Positions 42,539 to 51,872 of a stretch of DNA of 51,872 nt are shown here, in pieces; position 1 is the stretch's first letter, and every line of letters begins with the position of its first letter. The stretch is taken from assembly GCA_031422435.1 (NCBI GenBank), contig JANPLU010000099.1:1-51872 (forward strand), written 5' to 3'. The position numbers and the translations under genes are program-made. This DNA comes from Acaryochloridaceae cyanobacterium VAR_48_metabat_390. Its GTDB lineage: Bacteria > Cyanobacteriota > Cyanobacteriia > Thermosynechococcales > Thermosynechococcaceae. The notes below the pieces were generated by a model that had not been told where the DNA came from, ran no database searches, and worked only from the letters and a program-made list of their open reading frames with translations.

Positions 42539-43062
42539 GTTTCGTCCTCTCAATAATGTTGCATCTCAAAACGGTTCCCAGGCTATCTGCCTAAAACCCA
42601 GGGTTTAGAGGGGTGGGTCTGATGATTGCTATGAATGCATTATTGTCCAGTTTTGAGGGAATCGGGAAATTTCGAGAGAACTGAAACAAGACTTAAAGCT
42701 TAATCTAAGACTTCGGAGTGTCTCTACATGCCTATAAAGACATTAGAAGGAAATCTAAGCCTATAAATTGAATAAATCAAGTTTGTTTTAAAAAGTTGTA
42801 TAAAAGTTAGAACAAAAACAAAATTAGGTCAAACCCTAGAGATAAAGTTCTATTTCTTTATACAGTGGGCTTTTGGGAATCTGAGTTGAGATCTAAGATC
42901 TCAAGCTCATGAGATTTAAGTTGTAAAATTCGATCTGAGCTGAGCCGTATTAAAAATCGTTACTTTTGCCTAAAGGTCTAGAATTGTAACGCTTTGGACG
43001 CTTTGGGATGCCGTTTGCTGGGGCTAAGCGAGTGTTACACCGTCCAGGATTACGAGATCGAG

Positions 43063-44991
43063 ATGAAGCGTAAATTGAATCAAAACCGCCAAGAACGAGA
43101 TTCTGCTGTTGCTGTTGCGGCGATCGCATCTCTCGCCATTACCCTCCTGGTACTAGGGCTGCGCGGAATTCGCAGCTTGGAGTGGATAGAGCTGCTGACC
43201 TATGACTGGATGGTACGACTTCGCCCTGAGCAAAAACCTGATGACCGGATTTTGGTGGTGGGCATTACCGAGCAAGATCTGCAAAGTCGAGGAAGCCTTT
43301 TGCAGCTCCCTGACAGCGTTTATGCAGGGCTATTAGCCAAGCTAAGGCAGGCTAAACCTCGCGCGATTGGCATTGATATTTACCGCGATACTCCCATTGA
43401 GCCAGGACACGCCGCCTTTGTGCAGGAGCTGAAGCAAAATGACCGGATTTTTGGCATTACCAAGCTAGGGGATGCCACTCAGCCCACTATTCAGCCACCT
43501 AAAGCACTGCCCAGTGAGCAAATTGGGTTTAACGATGTGGTCATTGACCGCGATGGGATTCTACGACGGGCAATTTTGTTTCAACCAGGAGATAAGGGAG
43601 AACCCATCCCATCTTTTTCGCTTCAGTTGGCTTGGCGCTACCTATTAGATCTCAAAATTGAGCCAAAACCCAGCGCCCAAGACCCCAATACGATGCAGTT
43701 AGGCCAAACGTCTTTTATGCGCTTACAGTCTAACGACGGAGGATATGTGCGTGGGGATGCCAACAGCTATCTCGTCTTGCTGAACTATCGAGGGGGTACA
43801 CGAACCATCCCGATGGTGTCTCTCGGAGCCATGATGGCGGGACAGGTGCCGCTGGAGAAGATCCGCGATCGCATTATCTTAATTGGCAATGTCGCCGAAA
43901 GCGGTAAAGACTTTTTCAATACGCCGCTCAGTGCAGGTCAGTCCGAGGGCAGAATGCCAGGGGTGATGATTCATGCCCAAATGGTGAGCCTATTTTTGGA
44001 TGCGGCAACTGGGCAGCGCTCACTGTTTTGGTTTTGGCCTGAGATGGCTGAAGATTTTTGGGTATTGGGATGGTCTGTGCTAGGGGGTATTTTGGCATGG
44101 CGATCGCGGAGTTCCCTGGTTCTCGGCATAGCAATCCCCGTTTGTCTGTTAGGACTCATCGGCTTTTGCATTTGGATCTTCTTTGAAGACGGCTGGATTC
44201 CGATTGTGCCGCCGCTGCTAGGGTTTATCCTAACGCTGGGCAGCGGCGTGACCTACAGCGCCCAAAAAGCCCAGCGCCAGCAGCAGATGATCATGCGGCT
44301 GCTGGGGCAAAGCACCTCTCCTGAAATTGCCGATACCCTTTGGCAACGACGCGATGAGCTGCTTAAAAACGGTCGGTTACCAGGGCAACAGCTCACGGCG
44401 ACGCTTTTATTTACAGATCTCAAGGGCTTTAGCAGCATTTCAGAGCGCTATTCCCCTGAACAGGTGCTGAACTGGCTCAATGAATATTTAGACGCGATGG
44501 CTCAGCTTGTGCAGAAGCATCAGGGCATTATCAATAAGTTTACGGGGGACGGCATTATGGCGGTGTTTGGGGTGCCTATCCCCCATGAGCTAACCTCCGA
44601 AATTCAGCAGGATGCTAAGAACGCGGTGGATTGTGCGATCGCCATGGCGCAAACCCTCAGCACCCTCAATCAGCAGTGGCAGCGTGAAGGCTTACCAGAG
44701 GTGCAGATGCGGGTGGGGATTTTTACAGGGCCTGTGGTGGTGGGCAGTTTGGGTAGCCCCATCCGGCTAGAGTATGGTGTGATTGGGGATGGCGTTAATA
44801 TTGCCTCGCGGCTTGAAAGCCTAGACAAAGACCGACAGCCCTGCGGTTGTCGAATTTTAATTGCCCAGCAAACGAAGGACTGTTTGCCAGAGGGGTATCA
44901 GCTCGAGTCTTGGGGGTCTACCTCACTTAAGGGGAAGGCAATTGAGGTGGAGGTGTTTCGAGTGGTGGGGCATACTGCGTCGGTGGGTTAG
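43063..44991 (+). CDS. CHASE2-domain class III adenylate/guanylate cyclase
   Basis: IGIDIYRD, DGILRR, PGVMIHAQ CHASE2 motifs; 3 TM; FTDLKGFS, KFTGDGIMAVFG, IGDGVNIASRLE. Confidence 0.93.
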   Translation: MKRKLNQNRQERDSAVAVAAIASLAITLLVLGLRGIRSLEWIELLTYDWMVRLRPEQKPDDRILVVGITEQDLQSRGSLLQLPDSVYAGLLAKLRQAKPRAIGIDIYRDTPIEPGHAAFVQELKQNDRIFGITKLGDATQPTIQPPKALPSEQIGFNDVVIDRDGILRRAILFQPGDKGEPIPSFSLQLAWRYLLDLKIEPKPSAQDPNTMQLGQTSFMRLQSNDGGYVRGDANSYLVLLNYRGGTRTIPMVSLGAMMAGQVPLEKIRDRIILIGNVAESGKDFFNTPLSAGQSEGRMPGVMIHAQMVSLFLDAATGQRSLFWFWPEMAEDFWVLGWSVLGGILAWRSRSSLVLGIAIPVCLLGLIGFCIWIFFEDGWIPIVPPLLGFILTLGSGVTYSAQKAQRQQQMIMRLLGQSTSPEIADTLWQRRDELLKNGRLPGQQLTATLLFTDLKGFSSISERYSPEQVLNWLNEYLDAMAQLVQKHQGIINKFTGDGIMAVFGVPIPHELTSEIQQDAKNAVDCAIAMAQTLSTLNQQWQREGLPEVQMRVGIFTGPVVVGSLGSPIRLEYGVIGDGVNIASRLESLDKDRQPCGCRILIAQQTKDCLPEGYQLESWGSTSLKGKAIEVEVFRVVGHTASVG

Positions 44992-44995
44992 GGCT

Positions 44996-45039
44996 TCGGC
45001 TCCGCTCAGCCCACAAACACAATCGGTTCCGCTCAGTCC
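44996..45039. repeat. Two direct copies of a short REP-like unit TCGGYTCCGCTCAGYCC
   Basis: TCGGCTCCGCTCAGCCC (44996-45012) and TCGGTTCCGCTCAGTCC (45023-45039). Confidence 0.65.
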
Positions 45040-45084
45040 GTAATTTTTTCTGAGTTCCAAATTCAAAATCCTTGAACGTAATCC

Positions 45085-46158
45085 ATGACCGCGCCTCTAC
45101 AGAAATCTGCTCGTTTACCAGCGCCTCTACAGTCAGAACTTCGTCTAACGGCACTGGCACCGATGCAGGACATCACCGATCTGCTCTTTATGCAGGTGAT
45201 TGCTGGCTACGGTAGCCCTGACTATTTTTTTACCGAGTATTTTCGCGTTTATGACCATTCCAGCTTAGATCCTTATATCCTGCGCTCCATCACAGAAAAT
45301 GCGACGGGGCGGCCTGTGTTCGCCCAGCTCATTGGCGAGAATATTTCGGATCTCGTTCGTTCTGCCCAAGCTTTAAGTCGCTACCCGATTGCGGGGATTG
45401 ACCTCAATCTGGGCTGCCCTGCGCCTCGGGTGTATCGTAAAAATGTGGGTGGTGGGCTGCTCCGCGACCCTGAGAGAATTAGCCAAATTTTAGGGGCATT
45501 GCGGCAAAGTATTAATGGGCTGTTTACGGTCAAAATGCGAATCGGCTTTGAAGATACCGCCAACTTCGAGCGCATTCTAGATCTCATCAATCTGCATAAC
45601 GTTGATTTACTCAGCCTCCACGGTCGCACCGTCAAAGAGTCGTATCATGGCGCAATTCATTACGACCTAATTGCCCAAGCCGTAAAACAGGTCAATTGTC
45701 CCGTTTTGGCGAACGGAAACGTCTCTTCTGCTGCGTCTGCCGCCGCTACTTTAGAAAAAACCGGAGCCGCTGGGGTAATGATTGGTCGTGCGGCAATCCG
45801 AAACCCCTGGATTTTTAGGCAGGTACGAGAGCATTTAAATGGTCAGCCTATCTCTATAGTCACGCTGGCACAGGTACGAGACTACATTGATAAGCTCAAT
45901 AATGCCGTTGCAGTCCCCACTATCCCAGAGCGATCGCGGGTGAACTACCTCAAGAAGTATCTCAACTTTATTGGTCAAGGTGTAGACGGCGAGGGCAAGT
46001 TTTTGTTTAAGATGCGCCGTGCTCAAACGGAGGCGGAGCTGTTTGGGGTGTGCGATCGCTATCTCTTGAGCAACCCAGATCGACCGTTTGCAGCAGAACC
46101 GTACCCTGGACTGATTGCCCGACCGAGTTGTGAGACAGAAAAACAGCCCACGCTATAA
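45085..46158 (+). CDS. tRNA-dihydrouridine synthase family protein
   Basis: LAPM, DLNLGCP, VKMRIG, LHGRT, ANG, GVMIGR..IRNPW. Confidence 0.92.
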   Translation: MTAPLQKSARLPAPLQSELRLTALAPMQDITDLLFMQVIAGYGSPDYFFTEYFRVYDHSSLDPYILRSITENATGRPVFAQLIGENISDLVRSAQALSRYPIAGIDLNLGCPAPRVYRKNVGGGLLRDPERISQILGALRQSINGLFTVKMRIGFEDTANFERILDLINLHNVDLLSLHGRTVKESYHGAIHYDLIAQAVKQVNCPVLANGNVSSAASAAATLEKTGAAGVMIGRAAIRNPWIFRQVREHLNGQPISIVTLAQVRDYIDKLNNAVAVPTIPERSRVNYLKKYLNFIGQGVDGEGKFLFKMRRAQTEAELFGVCDRYLLSNPDRPFAAEPYPGLIARPSCETEKQPTL

Positions 46159-46173
46159 AACCACCAGAATACT

Positions 46174-47481
46174 TCAGCAATCTAAAGTATTTTCCAGTTC
46201 CCAAGGGCTTATAGCGCCGCTGTAGCTTCGCCACTCCTGATGTTTCAGCTTGAGATAAGCAGAAACTAGCGGCTCTCCGAGTCTTTCAGCAAAAACGGGG
46301 CTACTTTCTAAATTTCGCAGCGCATCCAGTAAATTCATCGGCAGCGCTTTGAGGGTTCCCGTAGGCAGGGGGTCTGTATAGGCGTTATTGTCACATCGAG
46401 GACCTGGATCACGTTTTTGGGTAATGCCGTCTAACCCTGCGGCGATGAGGGCGGCAGGCAAAAGGTAAGGGTTGGCGGATCCATCTGGCAATCGAAACTC
46501 AAACCGGTCGGGTTCTGGGATGCGAATGGTGTGGGTGCGATTGTTGCCGCTATAGCTAATGGCGTTAGGCGACCAAGTAGAGCCTGATGTTGTGACGGGC
46601 GCATTAATGCGTTTGTAGGAATTGACGGTGGGATTGGTAAAGGCGCAGAGCGCTTCGGCACTGTGCAGCACCCCGCCGATAAATTGATAGGCCAAGGCCG
46701 AAAGGCCAAGCTCTCCTGTTGGCTCATGGAATAAATTAATCGCTCCAGCGTTGTCCCACACGGAGAGATGAGTATGGCAGCCGTTCCCTGTAAGGTGCGG
46801 GAACGGTTTGGGCATAAAGGTGGCACGGAGATTGTGCTTTTCGGCGATCGCCTTCACCATGTACTTAAAAAAGGCGTGGCGGTCGGCAGTCACGAGGGCA
46901 TCGGCATAGGTCCAGTTCATCTCAAACTGACCGTTAGCATCTTCGTGGTCGTTTTGGTAAGCACCCCAACCGAGGGTCAGCATCGCGTCACAAATTTCTG
47001 CAATCACGTCAAAGCGGCGCATGAGGGATTGCTGGTCATAGCAAGGTTTGCTGGCAATATCGCGGGGGTCAGAGAGTTGGGTGCCGTCGGCGGTGAGGAG
47101 GAAAAACTCGCACTCCACGCCTGTTTTAACGCGATAGCCCAGGGCTTCGGCTTGACGTAAAACTTGCTTAAGTACCAGGCGTGGGGTTTGAGCAACGGGC
47201 TGACTGCCCATGACAAGATCGGCAGGCATCCAGGCTACTTCAGGTTTCCAGGGAAGCTGGAACAGGCTGTCTCTGTCGGGCAAGGCAAATATATCGGGGT
47301 CGGCGGGGGTGAGATCTAGCCAAGCGGCGAAGCCTGCAAAACCTGCCCCACTAGAGGCCATAGCATCAATAGCTTGGGCGGGCACGAGCTTAGAACGCTG
47401 GGTACCAAACAGATCTGTAAACGAGATCAAAAAATAGCGAATGCCTTTTTCGTGGGCAATTTCTGAGAGCGATTGGGACAT
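46174..47481 (-). CDS. glnT: GlnT-type glutamine synthetase family enzyme (gamma-glutamylmethylamide synthetase-like)
   Basis: GAGFAGFAAWLD, GVECEF, KPCYDQ, QNDHEDANGQFEMNW, TFMPKPF, GNNRTH, C-terminal TLDC. Confidence 0.88.
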   Translation of the reverse strand: MSQSLSEIAHEKGIRYFLISFTDLFGTQRSKLVPAQAIDAMASSGAGFAGFAAWLDLTPADPDIFALPDRDSLFQLPWKPEVAWMPADLVMGSQPVAQTPRLVLKQVLRQAEALGYRVKTGVECEFFLLTADGTQLSDPRDIASKPCYDQQSLMRRFDVIAEICDAMLTLGWGAYQNDHEDANGQFEMNWTYADALVTADRHAFFKYMVKAIAEKHNLRATFMPKPFPHLTGNGCHTHLSVWDNAGAINLFHEPTGELGLSALAYQFIGGVLHSAEALCAFTNPTVNSYKRINAPVTTSGSTWSPNAISYSGNNRTHTIRIPEPDRFEFRLPDGSANPYLLPAALIAAGLDGITQKRDPGPRCDNNAYTDPLPTGTLKALPMNLLDALRNLESSPVFAERLGEPLVSAYLKLKHQEWRSYSGAISPWELENTLDC

Positions 47482-47671
47482 AAGGACTCGTCTAAATCAT
47501 GGAAAGTAAAGGTCAACGCAATATCTTTCAAAAAGTACCAATAGCCTTGGCTCCGCCAGACCGTCAAGACCCGACAAGGCACCCAACTCGCTTAATCGTT
47601 TTCATCCAGTCGTCGGTTCTATGGAGATTATTATGGGCATCCGTTTTGAGCGGGCAATAGCACAGCTTCAT

Positions 47672-47713
47672 AGTTTAGGTGGCACAGCATTGCTCTAATG
47701 CTATGAGCAATAC
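47672..47713 (-). promoter_or_regulatory. Putative NtcA-activated promoter of glnT
   Basis: Minus strand GTA-TTGCTCAT-AGC, exactly 22 nt, then TAAACT (canonical GTA-N8-TAC-N22-TAN3T with a non-canonical right half-site). Confidence 0.55.
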
Positions 47714-47770
47714 ATAATTGGCGTTGTGTTTGGGGTACCCCGATTTTAGCCACAGATTCCTGCCTCTCCG

Positions 47771-48646
47771 CTAGCGGATGCCCCAACGCCGTCGCCAGCT
47801 AGAAGTAGATTCGAGCTGTGTCTTCTGCTGTTCTTGGTGATGTCGCGCGACAATTTCCTCTATGCCATCCCTCAGGATTGGATCACGGTAAGGAATCGCC
47901 GCTCGCGTCTGGAGATGTTCTTGCTCCATCTGCGAAAGGGGCGGTAGTATCTCAGGCTGCCATGCCGCCACTGTCCCTTGAGACCATTCGTGAGGCGCCG
48001 AATTGTGTTCCATAGGAATGGTTCCAATCCAAAGACCCGCTGCCAACAGTGCAGTTCGCACCGCAGCCGAGCGTGAATAGGTTGAGAGTTTCCCGTGGGT
48101 TGCTAAACATTTCGCTAGGCTACTCAAAAACTCTACCGTCCAGAGCTGTGGACAGCGACGGGGTGAAAACGGATCTAAGAAAATGGCATCCGCCTTAAAG
48201 CCCTGCTGCACCAGTTTTTGGATGCTTTGACGGGCATCTCCGATCAATAGATGAGCACTTAGGTTGTCTCGTTGACAAGTTTGGGTATGGGCTAAATCTT
48301 TAAGAACTTCCTGCACCTTGTCTGACCAGCAGCTCAGCAACTCCGGTACCGCCGCGCCGATGGGTACGGTGGCATCCAACTCTAGCCCATACACCTCAAC
48401 CCGACAGTTTGGATTAACCTGCCAGATGCTTTCGAGGGCTGCTGCCGTGTTGTAGCCTAGGCCATAGCAAACATCCAGTAGCTGCAATGTGGGGCATTGT
48501 GCTTTTTCAACGAGGTCTGTCGCTTCGACAAACTTCTGAAACGCCTCTGTTTTTGCCCCTAGACCGCTGTGAAACGTTTCGCCAAATTCTGCCGAGAAAA
48601 ATGTGTACGACCCATCTTGGGTGGGTTGGGGCATCCAAGCTGTCAT
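47771..48646 (-). CDS. MnmC-methyltransferase-domain (MnmD-like) tRNA modification protein
   Basis: TQDGSYTFFS..F.E.FHS..GA, DVCYGLGYN, FLDPFSP..CPQLWT, TYS. Confidence 0.88.
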   Translation of the reverse strand: MTAWMPQPTQDGSYTFFSAEFGETFHSGLGAKTEAFQKFVEATDLVEKAQCPTLQLLDVCYGLGYNTAAALESIWQVNPNCRVEVYGLELDATVPIGAAVPELLSCWSDKVQEVLKDLAHTQTCQRDNLSAHLLIGDARQSIQKLVQQGFKADAIFLDPFSPRRCPQLWTVEFLSSLAKCLATHGKLSTYSRSAAVRTALLAAGLWIGTIPMEHNSAPHEWSQGTVAAWQPEILPPLSQMEQEHLQTRAAIPYRDPILRDGIEEIVARHHQEQQKTQLESTSSWRRRWGIR

Positions 48647-48747
48647 TATGAAGTTACAGTAAGTCTGTAATTTTGATGATTTTTAGCCCCATGTCAGAGG
48701 CCAGAGGTTTTTAACTTAACCTTTGACATAGGAATTATTGACGAACT

Positions 48748-49983
48748 TTACCCCTTAAACGTTGTGGTAATGCGCCGCATGGCTTCTACTACATTGGTGC
48801 GGCTATTAAAAGCCGAAATGCGGAAATAGCCTTCTCCTGCTGCCCCGAATCCAGAGCCAGGAGTACCCACCACGTTGCAGGTGTACAGCAGCTTATCAAA
48901 GAAATCCCAGCTAGAAAGGCCGTTGGGGGTTTGTACCCAAACGTAGGGCGCATTGATGCCGCCATACACCGTCAACCCTGCGGCGGTGAGCTGTTCTCGA
49001 ATGATGGTGGCATTTTCTAGATAGAAACCGATCAGTGCTTTAATTTGCGTCTGACCTTCTGGAGAGTACACGGCCTCAGCACCCCGCTGAACAATATAGG
49101 ATACGCCGTTGAATTTAGTAGACTGACGGCGATTCCAGAGCTTCCAAAGGTCTACATCAGAGCCATCCGCCGCTTTACCCGTGAGGGTTTTAGGTACGAC
49201 CGTTAGGGCGCAGCGTGTTCCAGTAAAGCCTGCATTTTTAGAAAATGATCGAAACTCGATGGCGCAGCCCCGTGCGCCTTCAATTTCGTAGATGGAGTGG
49301 GGCAGGTCTGGGTCTGTAATGTAGGCTTCGTAAGCCGCATCAAAGAAAATGATGGAGCCGTGGGTTTTGGCATAGTTGACCCAGGCGGTGAGATGTTCTC
49401 GGGTGGCAACAGCGCCAGTGGGATTGTTGGGGAAACATAGATAGACTAAATCCACCTTTTGGGTCGGAATCTGAGCGGTGAAGTCGTTTGCAGCAGTGAT
49501 GGGGAGATAAACGAGTCCTTCGTACTCGCCTTTCTCGTTTGCGTCTCCGGTATGGCCTGCCATGACGTTGGTGTCTACATACACTGGATAGACAGGGTCT
49601 GTTACAGCAATGGTGTTGGTGTTGCCAAAAATGTCGAGAATATTGCCGCAGTCACACTTGGACCCATCGGAGATAAAGATTTCAGAGGCATCTATATTAC
49701 AGCCTCGCGCCTGGAAGTCATGCTGGGCGATCGCCGTTCTCAACCACTCGTACCCCTGTTCTGGCCCATAGCCCTTAAACGTACTGCGATTGCCCATATC
49801 CTCTACCGCCTGGATCATGGCAGTGCGGCAGGCTTCTGGTAAAGGCTCGGTAACATCGCCAATGCCTAGACGAATAATAGGTGCGTCGGGATTGTTTTTG
49901 GCAAATTCATTCACGCGCCGCGCAATTTCAGGAAAGAGGTAGCCCGCTTTGAGCTTGAGATAGTTGTCGTTAATCGTTGCCAT
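48748..49983 (-). CDS. dapL: LL-diaminopimelate aminotransferase
   Basis: [51 protein letters not shown]. Confidence 0.98.
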   Translation of the reverse strand: MATINDNYLKLKAGYLFPEIARRVNEFAKNNPDAPIIRLGIGDVTEPLPEACRTAMIQAVEDMGNRSTFKGYGPEQGYEWLRTAIAQHDFQARGCNIDASEIFISDGSKCDCGNILDIFGNTNTIAVTDPVYPVYVDTNVMAGHTGDANEKGEYEGLVYLPITAANDFTAQIPTQKVDLVYLCFPNNPTGAVATREHLTAWVNYAKTHGSIIFFDAAYEAYITDPDLPHSIYEIEGARGCAIEFRSFSKNAGFTGTRCALTVVPKTLTGKAADGSDVDLWKLWNRRQSTKFNGVSYIVQRGAEAVYSPEGQTQIKALIGFYLENATIIREQLTAAGLTVYGGINAPYVWVQTPNGLSSWDFFDKLLYTCNVVGTPGSGFGAAGEGYFRISAFNSRTNVVEAMRRITTTFKG

Positions 49984-50031
49984 AGTGACTTGAAAATGAA
50001 TGGTGACTGGGAGTGAATGCCTTTCAACAGC

Positions 50032-50916
50032 TTACTGCTTTGCTGCGTCTTGGGGCGACTGACCATCCGCTGTCATTAAAATGCCGTAGAGGTCGGGACG
50101 GCGATCGCGGAAAAACCCAAATCCAGCTCTGTACTGGGCGATCACATCCAAATCAAAGGTGGCAGTAATGATGCCTTCCTCCGTGCGCCCCAGTTCTGCC
50201 ACCGCGTCGCCGCGATGATTGGCAATAAACGAATGCCCATAAAACGTGAGTTCTCCTTCGGAGCCAATGCGATTTGCTGCAACAACCGGAATTGCGTTGG
50301 CGACCGCATGACCCATCATGACCCGCTGCCAAGGGTCTTTGGTATCGAGTTCAGCGTCATAAGGTTCACTGCCGATTGCCGTGGGGTACAGCAGCACCTC
50401 AGCGCCCATCAATGCCATTGCCCGTGAGCATTCTGGAAACCACTGATCCCAACAGATGCCTACGCCAATGGTTCCCACGCAGGTTTTCCAGACCCTAAAA
50501 CCCGTATCTCCTGCACGAAAGTAGTATTTTTCTTCATAGCCAGGGCCGTCAGGGATATGGCTTTTGCGATAAACCCCTAGGATGGCGCCATCGGCATCAA
50601 TCACTGCCACGCTGTTGTAGTAGGCGAGACCAGACCGCTCGAAAAACGACACGGGAATCACGACACCCAGCTCGGCGGCAAGGGCCTGAAGGTAAGCCAG
50701 TGTTGGGTGGTCTTTAACAGGGTGAGCCCGACTAAACCACTCTTCTCGCTCTTCACTACAGAAGTAGCGGCCTTCAAAGAGTTCCGAAGGTAAAATCACC
50801 TGTGCTCCCGCATCGGCAGCTTCACGGATGTGGTCTACAACATGCTTAAGGTTAATGTCTCGGTCATCGGTAAGCTGAAGCTGAATGGCGGCAATGGCTA
50901 AATTTCTGGTTGTCAT
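50032..50916 (-). CDS. aguB: N-carbamoylputrescine amidase
   Basis: ELF, YRKSHIPDGPGYEEKYYF, ICWDQWFPE, YPTAIGSEP. Confidence 0.93.
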   Translation of the reverse strand: MTTRNLAIAAIQLQLTDDRDINLKHVVDHIREAADAGAQVILPSELFEGRYFCSEEREEWFSRAHPVKDHPTLAYLQALAAELGVVIPVSFFERSGLAYYNSVAVIDADGAILGVYRKSHIPDGPGYEEKYYFRAGDTGFRVWKTCVGTIGVGICWDQWFPECSRAMALMGAEVLLYPTAIGSEPYDAELDTKDPWQRVMMGHAVANAIPVVAANRIGSEGELTFYGHSFIANHRGDAVAELGRTEEGIITATFDLDVIAQYRAGFGFFRDRRPDLYGILMTADGQSPQDAAKQ

Positions 50917-51189
50917 AGCGATGAGAACTTACAAGGCTCAAATCAGTTTTAGAGAGGGCAACCCTCTGGAGAGAATTAAGGAGGAATCTCTGTCAAGCTC
51001 CTACTTTGCAATGTTAGCTTGGTTCTATTGTTGATCTTACTCAAACTCCATGCTTTGACTTCAATCAGATTTTCCTGAGCCTCAAGAGGCAGGTCAGTTA
51101 GTAATTCTAAAGGATCCACGCAGTGGCATTGTGCATCGCTATTACCTCCACAAAATCCCGCGATAAGGAGCTATCAGACAGGCCGTACA

Positions 51190-51651
51190 GGGTGTAATTA
51201 AAAGTGAAAGTTCCTATTAAGCAGCGCTGGAAGTGAGATTGAGCCAATAGTCATCCCAATCTTGATTAGCCTGTAAGACCCTGAGGGCTAACATGGCTTC
51301 AGCTTTTTCAACTGTCCACCAAGCTCCAGAGCGTTTCAACCGGATTTGAATGATGTAGCGGTGAGCACTCTCAATTTCGCCTGAGCCAATGGGCAACTCT
51401 TGTGAAATGGAGCCTTTATAGTCCAAGTGCTGGGGTCGATTGTGAAGATACCGATAGGCGGCCCTAACTGGAGCCTGTTTTTCAGGAACCGAGTCAGCTT
51501 CTTGAAAAGTCTTAAGGGCTTTAAGAACAGCCCTAAAATGATTTTGCTTGAGTCGTCTTTTCTGCTGCTCCATCCAAGGTTTAGGGTTATTGGGTGCACA
51601 AACACGACTCGCATCCGCAAGATAATCGCAGACATGATAGAAATCCAGTAG
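51190..51651 (-). mobile_element. 3' remnant of an ISKra4/ISLre2-like (UPF0236) insertion sequence; truncated transposase
   Basis: In-frame LLDFYHVCDYL...LPIGSGEIESAHRYIIQIRLKRSGAWW; N-terminal half missing; probable terminal IR GGGTGTAATTAAAAGTG at 51190-51206. Confidence 0.8.
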
Positions 51652-51735
51652 GTTGCTTTAGGCAGAACCAATTCAGAAATTGGGCAAAAACTTTGGATTA
51701 CAGAGAATTCTGTAAAGCAGGCTCTGAAACGAATA
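51652..51735 (+). pseudogene. Fragment of a LuxR-type HTH regulator
   Basis: Translates VALGRTNSEIGQKLWITENSVKQALKRI; stop codon immediately before and IS end immediately after. Confidence 0.7.
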
Positions 51736-51872
51736 GACCTCTTGCGTGAATAGAGAGAAGTCGGTAGAAGTGTGTCAAGGTTCAAGGAGGGAACAGCCAT
51801 GACCTACGAGCAACTGAAACATCTCAGCCCCAGTGCCTTCAAACGTCGTTGCGGCGTGCGACGAGGCACCTT
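51735..51872 (+). mobile_element. Left end of an IS5-family (IS702-like) element; transposase starts at 51799 and runs off the window
   Basis: AGACCTCTTGC terminal motif; AAGGAGG RBS; MTYEQLKHLSPSAFKRRCGVRRGT. Confidence 0.75.

Noticed and set aside
45091..45132. GCGCCTCTACAG direct repeat at the start of the dus gene
   Set aside because: Only two short copies within coding sequence (APLQ twice); likely a local duplication with no evident function
51336..51800. 154-aa minus-strand ORF and 74-aa plus-strand ORF over the IS region
   Set aside because: Alternative frames crossing the transposase remnant, LuxR fragment and IS end; not coherent genes

Overview
Cyanobacterial chromosomal segment: the HIP1 octamer GCGATCGC is frequent, and chlL/chlN, opcA, ftn2/zipN and fibrillin are present. 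Most of it is housekeeping: prx/perR, purT, pdhA, ftn2-lpxD, nnr, pyrG, pyk, fbp-tal-zwf-opcA, chlL-chlN, dapL and aguB. The most system-like locus is 28.4-34.6 kb, encoding two V4R proteins, a W/F-repeat protein, two phycobiliprotein-fold proteins lacking the canonical bilin Cys, a 2Fe-2S ferredoxin, a TPR protein and a Ser/Thr kinase. It matches the poorly understood Synechocystis slr0144-slr0152 (Pap/SpkG) operon and has a divergent hypothetical gene and candidate operators upstream. Features read directly from the DNA that the ORF track misses or does not explain: a 36-aa single-TM sORF, a ~120-nt rod-shaped 6S-like RNA candidate, a coiled-coil protein with exact 44-aa periodicity and a MinD-type membrane tail, a near-consensus CRP box, a PerR-type palindrome, an NtcA-type promoter with a long leader for a solitary glnT/gmaS-like gene, three REP-like repeat families, and a scar of nested IS elements around a LuxR HTH fragment at the right end. 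All homology calls come from recognising motifs by eye; no database searches were run.
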